From Candidatus Pacearchaeota archaeon UBA92 (GTDB taxonomy: Archaea > Nanobdellota > Nanobdellia > Pacearchaeales > GW2011-AR1), in contig DANJ01000007.1 in the NCBI GenBank assembly GCA_002497285.1, positions 205 to 64,204 of the forward strand: 64,000 bases of DNA. The letters are read 5' to 3'. Within the stretch, counting starts at the first letter, position 1. Each line of letters starts with the position of its first letter. Of this stretch, positions 50,876 through 59,952 are shown in pieces. The position numbers and the translations under genes were made by a program. The notes beneath the pieces were generated by a model. That model worked only from the letters and a program-made list of their open reading frames with translations, searched no databases and had not been told where the DNA came from.

Positions 50876-51861
50876 GATGTTCTCCTGCCCTGAATGTTCT
50901 TCAACGGACTCCACCAAGCTTCATTTTCCTTGTACCATTCCATTGTTTTAATCATTGCACTATCGAACTCAATCTTAGGTTTCCACCCTAGTTTATTAAT
51001 TTTTGTACAATCTAATGAATATCTTAAATCATGCCCTAATCTATCCTGAACATGTTCAATAGAGTCTTCTGAAAATTTCATATAAGAAAGTATTTTCTTT
51101 GTTAAATCAACATTTTTAACTTCATTTCCACCACCAATGTTATAAATCTCTCCTGGAATTCCATTATGGATGACAAAATCAATTGCCTCACAATTATCTT
51201 CAACATAAATCCAATCTCTCACATTATTTCCAGAACCATAAAGAGGAACTTTTTTGCCATAAATGAGATTAGTAATAAACAAGGGAATAACTTTTTCAGG
51301 AAATTGATAAGGTCCAAAGTTATTTGAAGACCTTGTTATAATTATAGGCTGTTTAAAAGTTTCAAAATTTCCAAGACAAATAAGTTCAGCGGCTGCCTTT
51401 GATGCGCTATATGGAGACCTCGGTTTCAACAAATCAGATTCTTTAGATGAAATATCCTTAAAGCCAAGAGAGCCATAAACCTCATCAGTAGAAATTTGCA
51501 CAAAAAGTGCAGCTTTTTTCTCTCTAGCAGCCTCTAAGAGGTTATGCGTTCCGAGAATATTAGTCTTGATAAATATGCTTGGTTCCTTTATAGAATTGTC
51601 AACATGAGACTCAGCAGCAAAATTAACAATCACATCTCCCTCAATAATTAAATTTCTCATAGCTTCAGTGTTACAAATATCTTCTTGGACAAAAGAATAA
51701 TTATTCATTTCTTCCAAGCCTTTCAAATTGTTAAGATTTCCAGAATAAGTAATTTTATCGATGTTAACAAATTCATAATCTGGATGTTTTTTAATCATAA
51801 GCCTAATAAAATTACTACCTATGAACCCAGCACCCCCTGTAACTATAATTCTCTTTGTCAT
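50872..51861 (-). CDS. rmlB: dTDP-glucose 4,6-dehydratase
   Basis: IIVTGGAGFIGSNF, STDEVYG, YSASKAA (Y-x3-K), 329 aa. Confidence 0.88.
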   Translation of the reverse strand: MTKRIIVTGGAGFIGSNFIRLMIKKHPDYEFVNIDKITYSGNLNNLKGLEEMNNYSFVQEDICNTEAMRNLIIEGDVIVNFAAESHVDNSIKEPSIFIKTNILGTHNLLEAAREKKAALFVQISTDEVYGSLGFKDISSKESDLLKPRSPYSASKAAAELICLGNFETFKQPIIITRSSNNFGPYQFPEKVIPLFITNLIYGKKVPLYGSGNNVRDWIYVEDNCEAIDFVIHNGIPGEIYNIGGGNEVKNVDLTKKILSYMKFSEDSIEHVQDRLGHDLRYSLDCTKINKLGWKPKIEFDSAMIKTMEWYKENEAWWSPLKNIQGRRTS

Positions 51862-53102
51862 TATATTATCCTTACCTCGGGAACGGGAATTATATATTTT
51901 CCGCCTTTGTTCTTAAAATCTAATGTCTTCTCAAAAATTTCATCAGCATAATTCCATGCAAGAAGAAGAAGATAATCTGGGCTATTTTCCATGAGCCTAG
52001 ATTGATGGATTATAGGAATGTTTGACACAGGCGTTAGTTTATTTTGCTTTTCAGGGGTTATATCAAACACATGAGTCAACAATTCATTATTTATTCCAGA
52101 GTAATTAAGAAGCGTATTTCCCTTTGCCGAAGCCCCAAACCCTGCCACTATCTTCCCCTCACTTTTCAATTTCTTTAGTAAACTTACAAGGTTATATTTA
52201 ATCTCAGACACTTTTTCCTTGAAACTGAGATATGTATCGAAAGAATATAACCCCTGCTTTTCTTCTTTTTCCAGAATTGCCCGAACAGTTTCATCTGAAG
52301 TCTCCTCTGATTCAATGTGTTTCATAAACATTCTTATAGAACCTCCATGAATATTATGTTCCTCTATCTTAGCTATTCTGAATCCATGGGAATTCATAAC
52401 ACTAATAAGGGGTTTTACAAGTAGATAAGAAAGATGTTCATGGTAAATAGTATCAAATTCTGTATTATTAATTAAAGGAAGTATATGGGGGGATTCAATA
52501 ATGAAATATCCTTCTTTATCAAGTAACAATTTCGCACTTTCAACAAAAGAGTGAATGTCATCAACATGGGCAAAGACATTAAACGCAGTTATAACTTTGG
52601 CAGTGCCATATTTCTCTCTTATCTTTTTAGCAAGTTCAGGAGTCCAATATTCCGGAATCGTTTCAATTCTTTCATCATTCGCAATCTTGGCTATATTGAG
52701 TGCAGGGTCTACGCCCAAAATCCGATTCCCCTTTTCCTTAAAGGGTTTAAGGAGAGTACCATCATTGCTCGCTATGTCAACAATTAAATTATTATCTTCA
52801 AATATTCCAGAATCATTAAGCTGAAATGCAAGTTCTTCGCAATGTTTCCTGAAAGTGTTAGATATCGAAGAAACAAAAAAATAGTTTCTGAACATTTTCT
52901 CTGGATTAACAACAATGCTCAATTGTGAGAAAAAGCAATCTCTGCATAATAAGACGTTCAGAGGAAAGACCTCTTCAGTTCCAACATCTTCTTTCATTAT
53001 TAAAGAATTTGCAAGAGGGGTTTTTCCTAAATCTAAATAGGAAACTAATGACTTCGAACCACATGCTCTGCACTGTTCTAGTTCCTTAAATTTTTCATCC
53101 AT
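51861..53102 (-). CDS. NDP-hexose C-methyltransferase (TylCIII/C3-methyltransferase-like, SAM-dependent)
   Basis: N-terminal zinc-ribbon CRACGS...CRDC, methyltransferase core VDIASNDG, and a C-terminal domain typical of sugar C-methyltransferases. 413 aa. Confidence 0.7.
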   Translation of the reverse strand: MDEKFKELEQCRACGSKSLVSYLDLGKTPLANSLIMKEDVGTEEVFPLNVLLCRDCFFSQLSIVVNPEKMFRNYFFVSSISNTFRKHCEELAFQLNDSGIFEDNNLIVDIASNDGTLLKPFKEKGNRILGVDPALNIAKIANDERIETIPEYWTPELAKKIREKYGTAKVITAFNVFAHVDDIHSFVESAKLLLDKEGYFIIESPHILPLINNTEFDTIYHEHLSYLLVKPLISVMNSHGFRIAKIEEHNIHGGSIRMFMKHIESEETSDETVRAILEKEEKQGLYSFDTYLSFKEKVSEIKYNLVSLLKKLKSEGKIVAGFGASAKGNTLLNYSGINNELLTHVFDITPEKQNKLTPVSNIPIIHQSRLMENSPDYLLLLAWNYADEIFEKTLDFKNKGGKYIIPVPEVRII

Positions 53103-53164
53103 GGTATGATAATGGGTAAATACAACGCTTTATAAAAATGATTGTATTATGTTACATTATGATA

Positions 53165-53881
53165 TTATTTCTTCTTTATTAGGTTAAATCTATGTTTTAT
53201 TATTACAATAAACATTCCCAGAGCAATTCTTGCCGCCTTTCTTGTGTTGGATGCTCCATGGGACTCTCCTGTTCTTCCCAGAAAATTTACAGGGATTTCT
53301 ATAAAATTTACCTCATTTCTTATCATGTAAAGCATCCAATCAACATTAAAGTTATTCCTTCCATCCATTTTTATGTTCTTTATTTTATTCCAAGCCCCTC
53401 TTTTTATCAATCGATAAATACATCCCACATCCGTTAAATGAGTTGTGTTAAACAGTACCTCTATAAATTTTGCGAATACCCAGTTAGCCAATTTCATAGC
53501 GAATCCCATGTTTGCCCCTTGCCCTATCAGGCTGTTTGTAGTTCTTGTCCCACATACAAGGTCAAAATCATCAGAATAAGCCAGCAATTTGAGAATATCT
53601 CTAGGCTCATAAGTTCCATCAACTTCAGTAGTGATTATTATATCTCCAGTAGCCTCCCTTAAAGCTCTTTGATATCCATTCCCTATGCCTTGCTTGGGTT
53701 CATGAAAATACATCGCTTTTGTTTTTTTTATCTCTTCCCTAGTCCCCTTAATTGCATTATTGTCCACAGCTATAACTTCATCTACATATCCAGTTTTGAA
53801 AAATTCATCAATGCATTTCTTTATAGTTTTTTTCTCATTATAAGTAGAAAATACAACAGAAACCTTCTTGCCCTTCCACAT
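53165..53881 (-). CDS. Glycosyltransferase family 2, polyprenyl-phosphate glycosyl synthase-like
   Basis: VSVVFSTYNEKK, VDNN, TEVDG GT-A motifs, 238 aa. Divergent from a GT-C gene. Confidence 0.75.
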   Translation of the reverse strand: MWKGKKVSVVFSTYNEKKTIKKCIDEFFKTGYVDEVIAVDNNAIKGTREEIKKTKAMYFHEPKQGIGNGYQRALREATGDIIITTEVDGTYEPRDILKLLAYSDDFDLVCGTRTTNSLIGQGANMGFAMKLANWVFAKFIEVLFNTTHLTDVGCIYRLIKRGAWNKIKNIKMDGRNNFNVDWMLYMIRNEVNFIEIPVNFLGRTGESHGASNTRKAARIALGMFIVIIKHRFNLIKKK

Positions 53882-53962
53882 TTAAGCGAAAAAGACTAGT
53901 AGTTTAAATAGTTAATCCCAAAATGTAAAAACCCTTAAAAACTAGCGTATTTTAACTATTTC

Positions 53963-55519
53963 ATGCAAGAACTTAACGAAAAAAAGACAGAAGACGAGTT
54001 GAAAAAAAAGAAAAAAGCAGTCAGGGAAAAAATTAATAAACTAACCTCCAACAAATATTCCTTGTATTTAATCCTTATAATAACATTTGCATTTCTTGTA
54101 AGACTTTATTTTTTTTATATAACAAAAAATCAAATATTATGGTGGGACGAAGCAGAGTACATGCTAAAGGCAAAAAGCATTGCTTTAGGAACTCCAGACA
54201 CAGGATGGGCAACACTTAGACCAGCACTAACCCCATTCGTGCTCTCCATTTTCCTATTTCTAGGTCTAGGAGAGGGAGCAATAAAATTTTCATTCATAAT
54301 CTTATCTCTTTTAACCCTTGTTCTCACATACCTTTTAGGAAAAGATTTATTTGACAAAAAAATCGCACTGATTGGAACCCTTATATTTTCAATGATTTAT
54401 CTTAATATTTTTTACACATCTAGAATTTTAACAAACATTCCAGAAATATTCTTAGGAATGTTAATTTTTTATTTATTTTATTCATCATATAAAACAAGCA
54501 AAAATTATCTTTATCTAATAATTCCCTTAACACTCATAGGTTTTTTCATAAGATTCACCGTCGCAATATATACCTTTTTAGCTTTAGTATTCATATTAAC
54601 AGTAAGAGATTTCAAGCCACTCAAAGAAAAGAAATTTTTATATTCATTCTTAAGTTTATTTATTCTCGGAGTTGTAGGATTCATTGGAACAATGGTAGTA
54701 TTGAAGAAAAATCTTCTTTCAAGTTTCTTTGAAGCGTTTTACGGAGGAATAATCTTGAGGCATCCAGATGAACCAACAAGTTTAATATTCACTTCTTATA
54801 TAAAAAATATAGGCTCAAATTTAGGGACTTTGTTTCTCATCCTTTTTGTAATCGGATTTTTCATCTATTTTTATAAGTTTTTCCTAGTTTTAGATAAGAA
54901 GATTAAGAATCCTGAAGGCTCAAAAGAAAAGTTCTTCGTTTTAATCTGGCTTCTTGGAGCAATAATAATTTATGGGCTTGTCATAAATCATTTCGAAGAC
55001 AGATATTTGCTAATGGCTTTTCCAATAATTTCTCTTATCACAGGCCAAGGAATAATCGGAGTCTACGAATTTTTCAAAAAATATAACAAAGAAGCAGCCA
55101 TCTTTCTTGTAGCCATCATTTTAATTTTTGGAGCGTATACCACTCTGAAAAATACAAATAACATAATAAAAAATGGAACTCTCGGGTTCACAGATTTAAA
55201 ATCTGCAGGTTTATGGATTAAAGATAACTCTAATTCTGGAGATATAGTGATTACCAATGCCTTACCCCAAAATACTTATTATTCTGAAAGAGAAACATAT
55301 CCATTTTCAAGCGAAGAATCTAATTTTTCTTCTTTACTAGAAGAAAAGAAACCGAGATATATGATTCTTACACTCTATCAAAGATCACCTCCATGGACTT
55401 ACGATTGGCCAGCAGCGAACGAAGGAAAAGTTACACCTGTACAGATATATTACACAGATTCTTCAAATAAGCAAGTCTCGACGGTGATTTACCAGTTCAA
55501 TTCTTATAATTCTCAATAA
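53963..55519 (+). CDS. GT-C fold membrane glycosyltransferase (ArnT/PMT_2-like)
   Basis: 518 aa, Lys-rich N-terminus, first-loop WWDEAEY motif, multiple TM segments, soluble C-terminal domain. Confidence 0.65.
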   Translation: MQELNEKKTEDELKKKKKAVREKINKLTSNKYSLYLILIITFAFLVRLYFFYITKNQILWWDEAEYMLKAKSIALGTPDTGWATLRPALTPFVLSIFLFLGLGEGAIKFSFIILSLLTLVLTYLLGKDLFDKKIALIGTLIFSMIYLNIFYTSRILTNIPEIFLGMLIFYLFYSSYKTSKNYLYLIIPLTLIGFFIRFTVAIYTFLALVFILTVRDFKPLKEKKFLYSFLSLFILGVVGFIGTMVVLKKNLLSSFFEAFYGGIILRHPDEPTSLIFTSYIKNIGSNLGTLFLILFVIGFFIYFYKFFLVLDKKIKNPEGSKEKFFVLIWLLGAIIIYGLVINHFEDRYLLMAFPIISLITGQGIIGVYEFFKKYNKEAAIFLVAIILIFGAYTTLKNTNNIIKNGTLGFTDLKSAGLWIKDNSNSGDIVITNALPQNTYYSERETYPFSSEESNFSSLLEEKKPRYMILTLYQRSPPWTYDWPAANEGKVTPVQIYYTDSSNKQVSTVIYQFNSYNSQ

Positions 55520-56570
55520 ATCTGGTATATTCTGAAAACTTCCTTTTATTCCCAAGAATAAATTGATCAATAGCAACACTCCGATTAATCATTTTTTTCA
55601 TTATCTCTTTATCATCAATTTTTCTAATCTTAGAGGTTTGTTTATTCATTTCATTTAGCAGAGGAATATGGATCGCTATCCAAATATTTGCCTTAAGCAC
55701 AGCTGCAGACTTTATGGGATTCTTAAAAAGAAATCCAAAAAAGGCGGCAGTTTCAAGAACAATCTTGAAAGGCATAATTCTAAACCATGTTTTTCTCTCA
55801 TAATTCTTGAATAAAGCAATCCAATGATTTCTATGGATAAGGAATTCTTTCTTAAATCTAAGTTTCTTTTTTCCCCAGCTCCCAGTGCCGAGATGATAAA
55901 TAATTGAACTAGGTATTGAATATTGCTCATATCCTGAAAGTTGCATTCTCCAGCACAGATCCAGTTCTTCTGCGTAAGATTCCATAACTTCATCCAAATA
56001 TCCTATCTTTCTTAAAACTGACACTCTAAGAAGCATCGCCCCTCCACAACTCCAAAATATCCCCCTAACATCCTCATACTGCCCCTTATCTTCTTCTATA
56101 TTATCAAAGATTCTTCCCCTACATACTGGATATCCATAAATGTCCATATACCCTCCGACAGCTCCAGCATATTCAAACATCTTTTTATTTCTCAAATCTT
56201 TAAACTTAGGCTGCAGGGCAGAGGCATTTTCGTGCTTCTCAGCAAAATTAACTAATTCAGATATCCAATTCGGTTCCTGTTCAGTATCATCATTGAGCAA
56301 AATAGCATATTTTGACTTTGTTTTTTTCAAAACTTCATTATATCCTTTTGAGAATCCAAGATTTTCTTTGTTTGCTATTAAATTCACAGAAGGATATTTT
56401 TTCCTTACCATTCTCAGAACCTCTTCATGGGATGCATTGTCAATAACAGTTATAATCAAATTATCATATTTTGCCTTTTTCAGTGATGCAAGACATCTAT
56501 CCAGAAGGTTTTTATTATTATAACTCAATACCATAACTTCAACTAGGGGCTGTTTAACTTTTTTCTTCAT
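55497..56570 (-). CDS. Glycosyltransferase family 2 (rhamnosyltransferase-like size class)
   Basis: VMVLSYNNKN, IDNAS, LNDD GT-A motifs, 357 aa. Confidence 0.75.
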   Translation of the reverse strand: MKKKVKQPLVEVMVLSYNNKNLLDRCLASLKKAKYDNLIITVIDNASHEEVLRMVRKKYPSVNLIANKENLGFSKGYNEVLKKTKSKYAILLNDDTEQEPNWISELVNFAEKHENASALQPKFKDLRNKKMFEYAGAVGGYMDIYGYPVCRGRIFDNIEEDKGQYEDVRGIFWSCGGAMLLRVSVLRKIGYLDEVMESYAEELDLCWRMQLSGYEQYSIPSSIIYHLGTGSWGKKKLRFKKEFLIHRNHWIALFKNYERKTWFRIMPFKIVLETAAFFGFLFKNPIKSAAVLKANIWIAIHIPLLNEMNKQTSKIRKIDDKEIMKKMINRSVAIDQFILGNKRKFSEYTRFIENYKN

Positions 56571-57256
56571 TCTTTAAATCTGTATTTAACGAGAGTCCAT
56601 ATTGCATGAATTCCATCCTTCCAGTTTATTTTCTTTCCTTCATCTTTTTTCCTTGGATAATAAGAGATAGGAACTTCTCTTATCTTTATACCCCTCTTTA
56701 ATATCTTTGCGGTAATTTCAGGTTCCCAGTCAAATTTCTCTCCATTTATTTTAATCTTCTTAATTATGTCAGATTTAAACACTTTGTAACAAGTAGGCTC
56801 ATCCGTAAGTCTCGAGAAAAATAAGATATTTGTAACAAGGGTAACAAGTTTTCCTCCAAGCAAGAACGTAAGATGAGAATAAGCATTATCCTTTTTCAAA
56901 CTTCTTGAGCCATAAACCACATCCGCCTTTCCACTTAAAATAGGATAGATTACTTTATTATAATCGCCGGGATCATATTCTAAATCAGCATCTTGAATTA
57001 TTATAATTTCTCCAGTAGCTTGCAAAATTCCGCTTTTTACAGCCCCACCCTTGCCTCTATTTTTTTTATGCAAAATTTTCACAAATCTATTTGGAAGGTT
57101 CTTGATATACTCTCTAGTTCCATCACTTGAAAAATCATCAATAAGAATTATTTCTTTTTTTATCTTATTTTTAAGTTTAACTTTCTCTACCTTGTCAAGA
57201 ATTTTTGGAAGAGTTTCCATTTCATTATAACATGGAATTATTATTGATAACTTCAT
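56567..57256 (-). CDS. Glycosyltransferase family 2, polyprenyl-phosphate glycosyl synthase-like
   Basis: LSIIIPCYNE, IDDFSSDGT, QDADLEYDP motifs, 229 aa. 4-nt overlaps on both sides. Confidence 0.75.
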   Translation of the reverse strand: MKLSIIIPCYNEMETLPKILDKVEKVKLKNKIKKEIILIDDFSSDGTREYIKNLPNRFVKILHKKNRGKGGAVKSGILQATGEIIIIQDADLEYDPGDYNKVIYPILSGKADVVYGSRSLKKDNAYSHLTFLLGGKLVTLVTNILFFSRLTDEPTCYKVFKSDIIKKIKINGEKFDWEPEITAKILKRGIKIREVPISYYPRKKDEGKKINWKDGIHAIWTLVKYRFKE

Positions 57257-59091
57257 TTTTCTTTGATAAATAAGTAAATCGACACAAATATTGCCAGGGC
57301 ACTAAGGACAAGCGCAATGTTAAATATTATGTGTGCAATTTTATTTAATAATGCTCCAATAGCCGAGTGAGTCTGATAATTATCAAATATCTCACCATGT
57401 GTTTCATCATACCCAATGGGATAAAGGTAAATGCTATGGGTATATTCAGTTATTCCAAATATTTCCGGCTTTAATGAAAGTCTCGCCTTGTAAACTCTGA
57501 ATATTTCTTCATTATGCCCTGTGAAAGGAAGCACCAATTTGTCTGGTTTATAGGTTATACTCACAGGAGAAGATAAATTAGAGAACAAATTTACATAAGC
57601 CTCCATAGTAGCATTAAATTGTGGCTGGTCTTTTATAGTTCCCCATCCACAGTCATCAGGCACACATTCTACAAAATAAACATCTACAGCTATTGGAGTG
57701 CTATTAACATCATTTAACCCATTCAATAACTCTTCAGCCAGACTTGCCTCAATGTAATACCTATTCTGCATCATCCAGTTAATTCTACTTCTATAAATTC
57801 TGCTATCTGCAACTATTAAAGCATTTTCAGGGATATTTACATTCTTATAGTCTATAAAATTACCAATACTACTTTTACTATAAAATTGTACAGGCGCAAC
57901 TCCATTGTAAAATCCAAGGAGAATAAAATTAATTATAAAGATTATTGCAAGTAAATGTGAAAGTTTGATTTTTTCAGGCAGCCCATGTTTAATATTTATC
58001 AGAGCAAAAGAAGCCAACGGGATAAACAACACTGTTTCAAATAGAAGATGTTTAGATAATGGAGAGACTGAAGAAATATAGAACCACATCGGTATGAACA
58101 TAACCAATAAGAAAACAAAATAATTTCTGTTTTTCTTAAACGCTAAAAATAAGCCAAAAAATCCAAGCAAAAATACAATTGGATCTCCATAAAGCAAATA
58201 TCTCAAAGTCAACAAACCCCCTGGCAGGTTTACATCCGCGTGTGCAGTTTTTGTGAAAAATCCAACATAATCAGGCTTCTTATTCCATCCAGCATCCCAT
58301 GAATAATACTGCGCTGCCTTTTCTCTTCCTAATCCAAGAACGTTAGTTGGTATAAAATCGACTATCCCTTTATCTTTGTAAAGAAGATAATTACTTGTTA
58401 TGCTTGGCGTAATAAGGAGAAATCCTATAAGTGTGAAAATTGCAAGATTTTTCCAGCTCTTTTTAAAATTGTCTTTTTTCATATATATAAAGAAAATAAA
58501 GAGAGAAAACGCAAAGAACAGAACATAAAGTTTAGTGAGAAGACCAAGACCAATAGCAATTCCTGCAAGAATCATGTTTCTTCTTTCTTTTTCTTCTATA
58601 GCTTTCATAATAAAAATAGAAGCAAGAAGAATGAAAAATATTGCAGCAACATCCATTTCTGCAAGAGTATTTCTTACATGCCACGGAGAGAAAGCCAGCA
58701 AAAAGGCAGCAACAAGCCCTACTTTGTCAGATTTAAAGAATTTCTTTGATAAAACATAAATTAAGAAGATAGATGCAGTTCCAAATATTATTGCAGGTAA
58801 TCTCGATGTAAATTGAGTAGCTCCAAATAATTTATAACAGAAATCTATGAGGTAATAGTAAAGTGCATCCGACTGGCTCCACACAGTAAGTTTTCCTGAA
58901 TCTACTATTCCAATAGCAATTAGGGCGTGTCCGATATCATCTGCAGAATTATCAAGGTTTATTGCTGCTATTACCCTTGCAATAAATCCAGCAATAACTA
59001 AAAGCAAAATATAAAGTCGAGTTTTGTCTCTCGAGAAAACAACACTTAGTAGGGAATCCAAAAAGTCTTTCTTTTCTCTTTCTTCAGCCAT
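57253..59091 (-). CDS. GT-C fold membrane glycosyltransferase (ArnT/PMT_2-like)
   Basis: 612 aa, acidic first loop (NSADDIGHA), at least 12 TM segments, soluble domain, and a terminal TM segment. Confidence 0.6.
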   Translation of the reverse strand: MAEEREKKDFLDSLLSVVFSRDKTRLYILLLVIAGFIARVIAAINLDNSADDIGHALIAIGIVDSGKLTVWSQSDALYYYLIDFCYKLFGATQFTSRLPAIIFGTASIFLIYVLSKKFFKSDKVGLVAAFLLAFSPWHVRNTLAEMDVAAIFFILLASIFIMKAIEEKERRNMILAGIAIGLGLLTKLYVLFFAFSLFIFFIYMKKDNFKKSWKNLAIFTLIGFLLITPSITSNYLLYKDKGIVDFIPTNVLGLGREKAAQYYSWDAGWNKKPDYVGFFTKTAHADVNLPGGLLTLRYLLYGDPIVFLLGFFGLFLAFKKNRNYFVFLLVMFIPMWFYISSVSPLSKHLLFETVLFIPLASFALINIKHGLPEKIKLSHLLAIIFIINFILLGFYNGVAPVQFYSKSSIGNFIDYKNVNIPENALIVADSRIYRSRINWMMQNRYYIEASLAEELLNGLNDVNSTPIAVDVYFVECVPDDCGWGTIKDQPQFNATMEAYVNLFSNLSSPVSITYKPDKLVLPFTGHNEEIFRVYKARLSLKPEIFGITEYTHSIYLYPIGYDETHGEIFDNYQTHSAIGALLNKIAHIIFNIALVLSALAIFVSIYLFIKEK

Positions 59092-59126
59092 TTAATTTTA
59101 AACTTTAGGCATTATTTAAATCTTGT

Positions 59127-59906
59127 TTATCTAACTAACTTATAAGTAAAATCAACAATTGGACTTATCACTTTCAATGCACTCTTAAACCTTGATTTCA
59201 ATATCCTAAGTTGAAAAATTGCAAAAATCATTTGTATTGATGCTTTATTTAGATTAAGAGTACTTCCTTGTGCTTCAATCCATTCAGTCGGAACAGATTT
59301 TATTCTAAATCCGTTTAGTTTGCATAAGTAAAGCAAGTCTATATCATAAGCCCATTGAGTCATTCCAATTTTTGAAATAATCTGCTCAATTGCATTTCTT
59401 TTAAAGAGTTTAGCTCCGCATTGGGTATCTCCATAAGGAATTGCAAAAAAACTTCTTACAAGGAAGTTGAATATTCTACTGACTGCAATTCTTCTGAAGC
59501 TGAACGAAGGAGTTATCTTAGAACCTTTCATATACCTATCCGCAATCATCCCATCATATCCATTTATCTTTTCTATCAGTCTCCAGTATTGCTCAGGAGA
59601 AGTAGCCATATCTGCATCCACAAATCCTATATTGTCAAAATCACCCTTTAAAGATTCATAAAATCCCTGTGAAATTGCATAACCCTTTCCAGCCCTTTTT
59701 AAATTAATGAATTTTATTCGTTTATTTTTTTTAATACCCTCTCTTACAACCTCTTCCGTCTTATCCCTTGTTCCATTTATTACAACAAGTATTTGATAAT
59801 CAAATCTTTTGTCCAATTTTTCATTCAAGAAAGAAGAATATGCCTCAAGTGTTCTTCCTATTCTTTTCTCTTCATTATACGCAGGCATTATTATGGAAAC
59901 TTTCAT
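59127..59906 (-). CDS. Glycosyltransferase family 2, dolichyl-phosphate glycosyl synthase-like
   Basis: VSIIMPAYNEEKRI, VINGTRD, VDADM motifs, 259 aa. Confidence 0.75.
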   Translation of the reverse strand: MKVSIIMPAYNEEKRIGRTLEAYSSFLNEKLDKRFDYQILVVINGTRDKTEEVVREGIKKNKRIKFINLKRAGKGYAISQGFYESLKGDFDNIGFVDADMATSPEQYWRLIEKINGYDGMIADRYMKGSKITPSFSFRRIAVSRIFNFLVRSFFAIPYGDTQCGAKLFKRNAIEQIISKIGMTQWAYDIDLLYLCKLNGFRIKSVPTEWIEAQGSTLNLNKASIQMIFAIFQLRILKSRFKSALKVISPIVDFTYKLVR

Positions 59907-59952
59907 TGGGGTGTTAAAATTTCCTATATCTACGGGTTTTTAACTATTATTG

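Noticed and set aside
53985-54020. Homopolymeric A/T runs (for example A8 near 54009, and similar runs in other glycosyltransferase genes) as phase-variation switches.
   Set aside because: In roughly 30% GC DNA with Lys-rich proteins, runs of 7-9 A/T are expected by composition. I saw no longer tracts or tracts concentrated at 5' ends.
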